Below, piece by piece: positions 61,573 through 64,000 of a stretch of 64,000 nt of DNA; within the stretch, counting starts at the first letter, position 1, and every line of letters begins with the position of its first letter. The notes under the pieces were generated by a model that was given only the letters and a program-made list of their open reading frames with translations, was not told where the DNA came from and made no database searches. Position numbers and translations under genes: made by a program. Source of the DNA: an uncultured Nitrospiraceae bacterium (GTDB taxonomy: Bacteria; Nitrospirota; Nitrospiria; Nitrospirales; Nitrospiraceae); the NCBI GenBank assembly GCA_963846575.1, contig CAWJWJ010000001.1, positions 832,001-896,000 of the forward strand, read 5' to 3'.

Positions 61573-62901
61573 TTACGTAGTCGGTATCAGTTCCGGTACA
61601 AGCGTGAGAAACCATGGTGGAGTTTCCTCCGTCATGTCCCGGAATCGTCTGGCGGTACTACTTGCCGGAATGCCCTGCAGGAGTGCGCCACGCCTGATCG
61701 TGACTCGCCTGAAGCGGTAGCCGGCAGGACGACCGGTTGGTTCTGTGAGCACTGAGGGGAAAACTTGGCGCAGCGTTGTAAGATCCGACAGGTGGCACGA
61801 CCCGCCGAGCGGAAGGGCCGAGAGTCTGTCGAATATGTCCCCGAACACCGATGGAACAGTCTGTTCCGATAAAATGAGATCGTCCGGCCTCACCCGCGGA
61901 TCTTCGATCAGTTGCGAAAGGATCTCCCAGAACACTTGAGAATCAACAGCGCCCAGGATGCACAGAGTCCCCCTGGTGGCCATCAGTTCCAATAGAGCCA
62001 GAGGGCCGCGGATGTCGAACTTCCATGATGGAAAAAGAAGACTCCTGCCACCATGCTGGACCTCGAGCGCAGGCTCCCTTCCATGGGTGACCCGCCGAGA
62101 GTCTCCTTTGGTACGGCGCAGTTCATTGGTCAACACGACAGATGAGATTCGAGTCGGTTCGTAGGCAAACGTCGGTGTGGCTGGCGCCCAGCAGGTGACG
62201 ATGAGGTAACGCCGGGCGAGGCGTTGGTCTTTTACCAGGGGGTCCATATCAAACATGTCCTGGTCGCCGTAGAAACGGAACTGCACCCCGGCCCTAGAAC
62301 GCAGGCCGCTCAGTCTTGACGGGTGCGCATGCAGCGGTCCGCCGAGCTGAGAGCCAGGAGCCAGGCGATCCAGACAGTGGAGGATGAGGGCCTTTTGTTG
62401 GGCTATCAAGCGAGATTCGTAGCACGTAGCGAGTTCTTCGGCGAAAGACAAATCACCGGCTCCCAGGTCTAACACTGAGGCTGGCATCTGTTCCGTTAAG
62501 AGGTCAAAAGGATTGTGGTGCTCCCGCACGAAGCTGTCGATGACCTCCGCCCTGAGCGCCGGGATAGGCCACTTCGGTGGTTGGGGGGATTGAATTCCAA
62601 AGAGGACGCAGAGGGCGCGCAGGGCTTTCGTGGGAGGGAGTCCCGTCAGCCTCTTGAGCGAGTCTCCGGGTGATGATTTGTCTTGGGGCGTTGAAGGGTG
62701 CGATAGGGTGGTCACGAGGTCGCGTTTGATTTCGTCCGGGAATGCAGAGTCTTCCACGGCCCGAAGGAGTGACGCGAGAGTCGTTGGCCATTGGGTTGCA
62801 GCCACGAGTTGTCGTGAGGCGTCCCAGGCAGCGTCATCCGAAGCACGCGTGCCTGTAACCTGCCTGCGAAAGGTTGCCAGGATGTCAGGATCGATGCTCA
62901 T
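61573..62901 (-). CDS. Hypothetical protein with class I SAM-binding motif
   Basis: SVLDLGAGDLSF; 442-aa ORF. Confidence 0.65.
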   Translation of the reverse strand: MSIDPDILATFRRQVTGTRASDDAAWDASRQLVAATQWPTTLASLLRAVEDSAFPDEIKRDLVTTLSHPSTPQDKSSPGDSLKRLTGLPPTKALRALCVLFGIQSPQPPKWPIPALRAEVIDSFVREHHNPFDLLTEQMPASVLDLGAGDLSFAEELATCYESRLIAQQKALILHCLDRLAPGSQLGGPLHAHPSRLSGLRSRAGVQFRFYGDQDMFDMDPLVKDQRLARRYLIVTCWAPATPTFAYEPTRISSVVLTNELRRTKGDSRRVTHGREPALEVQHGGRSLLFPSWKFDIRGPLALLELMATRGTLCILGAVDSQVFWEILSQLIEDPRVRPDDLILSEQTVPSVFGDIFDRLSALPLGGSCHLSDLTTLRQVFPSVLTEPTGRPAGYRFRRVTIRRGALLQGIPASSTARRFRDMTEETPPWFLTLVPELIPTT

Positions 62902-63042
62902 GGATCGAGTTGCCGTGTAGAGGCCCGGGCATTCCCCGGATTAAAACAAATTGCATGCGCGAAGGGAGAGTATCGGCCGGCTGGAGAGCGAGTCAAGAGT
63001 CTCAGTGTTGCGGCGACTTCAGGCGTATGTTAGGTAGATGCT

Positions 63043-64000
63043 GTGCGTATTCATCCCACTGATAATTTCAAAACGGTCGGCCGTACGGCGGTCCGATTGG
63101 CTGCAGTTCTCGCAGTGCTGCTCGTCTCATTTGCCTGCCAGGGGAATGACCGTAAGTCGATGCTGACTCATCAGGTCTGGGAGGAGTGGGCGGCTGGACA
63201 GGTCCTTGATACCAGGACCGGTCACTCCGTCCCCATGAACCGGTGGCTGGAAGGGCTGGCATCATATGACACGATCTACCTGGGGGAGGAACATCACAAC
63301 CGGTTTCACATTGACGCAGCGTTGATGGTGCTGAAGACGTTGGTCGGTCAGGCACGTCGTCCGGTGCTCGCGATGGAAATGTTCGGATGGGATGGTCAAC
63401 CGGCACTGGACCAGTATCTTGGTTCTCAGGAGGGCGTCCGTGCGGGATTTCTTGAGCAATCGTTGTGGAAACAGAATTGGGGTGGGGCCTTCGAAGACTA
63501 TGAACCCTTAGTGCAGTTCGCGAAGGAGCACCAGCTCTCAGTGCTGGCGATGAACCCGCCAAAAACACTGATCAAGCAGGTCGTCAAATGGGGGATCCTT
63601 CACACCAAGGAGCAGGCGGAGTGGCGACAGTGGGGCATGGAGGGGGAAACGATCGTTGACGATCCAGCCTATCGCGCTCGAATCCTGTCTCAACTCCAGG
63701 ATTGTCATGGCGGGGGCTCTCCTGCCGATTATCAGACGATGTATGAGGCCTCCCTGGTGCGGGATGAGGGTATGGCTAAGACCCTGGTTGCCGCGCTGAA
63801 CCGAGTACAGGCTGAAGCAAACCCTGTCCTAGGGCCAGTTCTCAGCTATACAGGAGGAGGCCATGTGCAATATGGGGTGCCCGTGCCGAATCGTGTTGCA
63901 CGGCGGCTTCCCGGACGACTCAGGCAGGTGACGGTGTATCTGGCCACGTTTGAGCAGGAGAGATCGGCAGAGCTGTGGCAAGCAATGAATGAAGGGATTG
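63043..64000 (+). CDS. ChaN family (haem uptake / TraB-Tiki superfamily) lipoprotein, runs off the window
   Basis: Manual translation: lipobox VSFAC, IYLGEEHHN, LAMEMF, RDEGMA, GGGHV; absent from the ORF track because it has no stop in the window. Confidence 0.8.
   Translation, partial: MRIHPTDNFKTVGRTAVRLAAVLAVLLVSFACQGNDRKSMLTHQVWEEWAAGQVLDTRTGHSVPMNRWLEGLASYDTIYLGEEHHNRFHIDAALMVLKTLVGQARRPVLAMEMFGWDGQPALDQYLGSQEGVRAGFLEQSLWKQNWGGAFEDYEPLVQFAKEHQLSVLAMNPPKTLIKQVVKWGILHTKEQAEWRQWGMEGETIVDDPAYRARILSQLQDCHGGGSPADYQTMYEASLVRDEGMAKTLVAALNRVQAEANPVLGPVLSYTGGGHVQYGVPVPNRVARRLPGRLRQVTVYLATFEQERSAELWQAMNEGI

Overview
A mostly housekeeping bacterial chromosome segment with high GC. Gene content and style suggest Nitrospira/Nitrospirota, which is an inference. 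It carries the tRNA-Ser/ffs/dnaX-ybaB-recR/dksA cluster, the trmFO-xerC-hslVU-argB operon, rimO, degP with a two-component pair, sdhA, gcvP/gcvT, nucleoside hydrolase-rbsK, mug and a MoxR-DUF58-transglutaminase module. The stand-out feature is a compact ~6.3 kb integrative element (13914-20290) in tRNA-Val(CAC), bounded by a perfect 49-bp att repeat. It encodes a Rep_trans rolling-circle initiator with a nick-site-like hairpin, an excisionase, and a tyrosine integrase whose C-terminus and stop codon lie inside the att core, antisense to the tRNA. It also carries a PIN toxin-antitoxin pair and a captured slice of an Rhs locus (HExxH metallopeptidase toxin tip, putative immunity gene, start of a second Rhs gene). 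A decayed remnant of a related integrase sits in the same geometry at tRNA-Gly(GCC). Other notable items are two tandem OmpA-C/MotB lipoproteins with 31/38/45-aa coiled-coil repeats next to mscL, a small secreted Lys/Glu repeat protein behind a predicted sigma54/IHF promoter, and two candidate structured RNAs. All calls come from reading the sequence; no searches were run.
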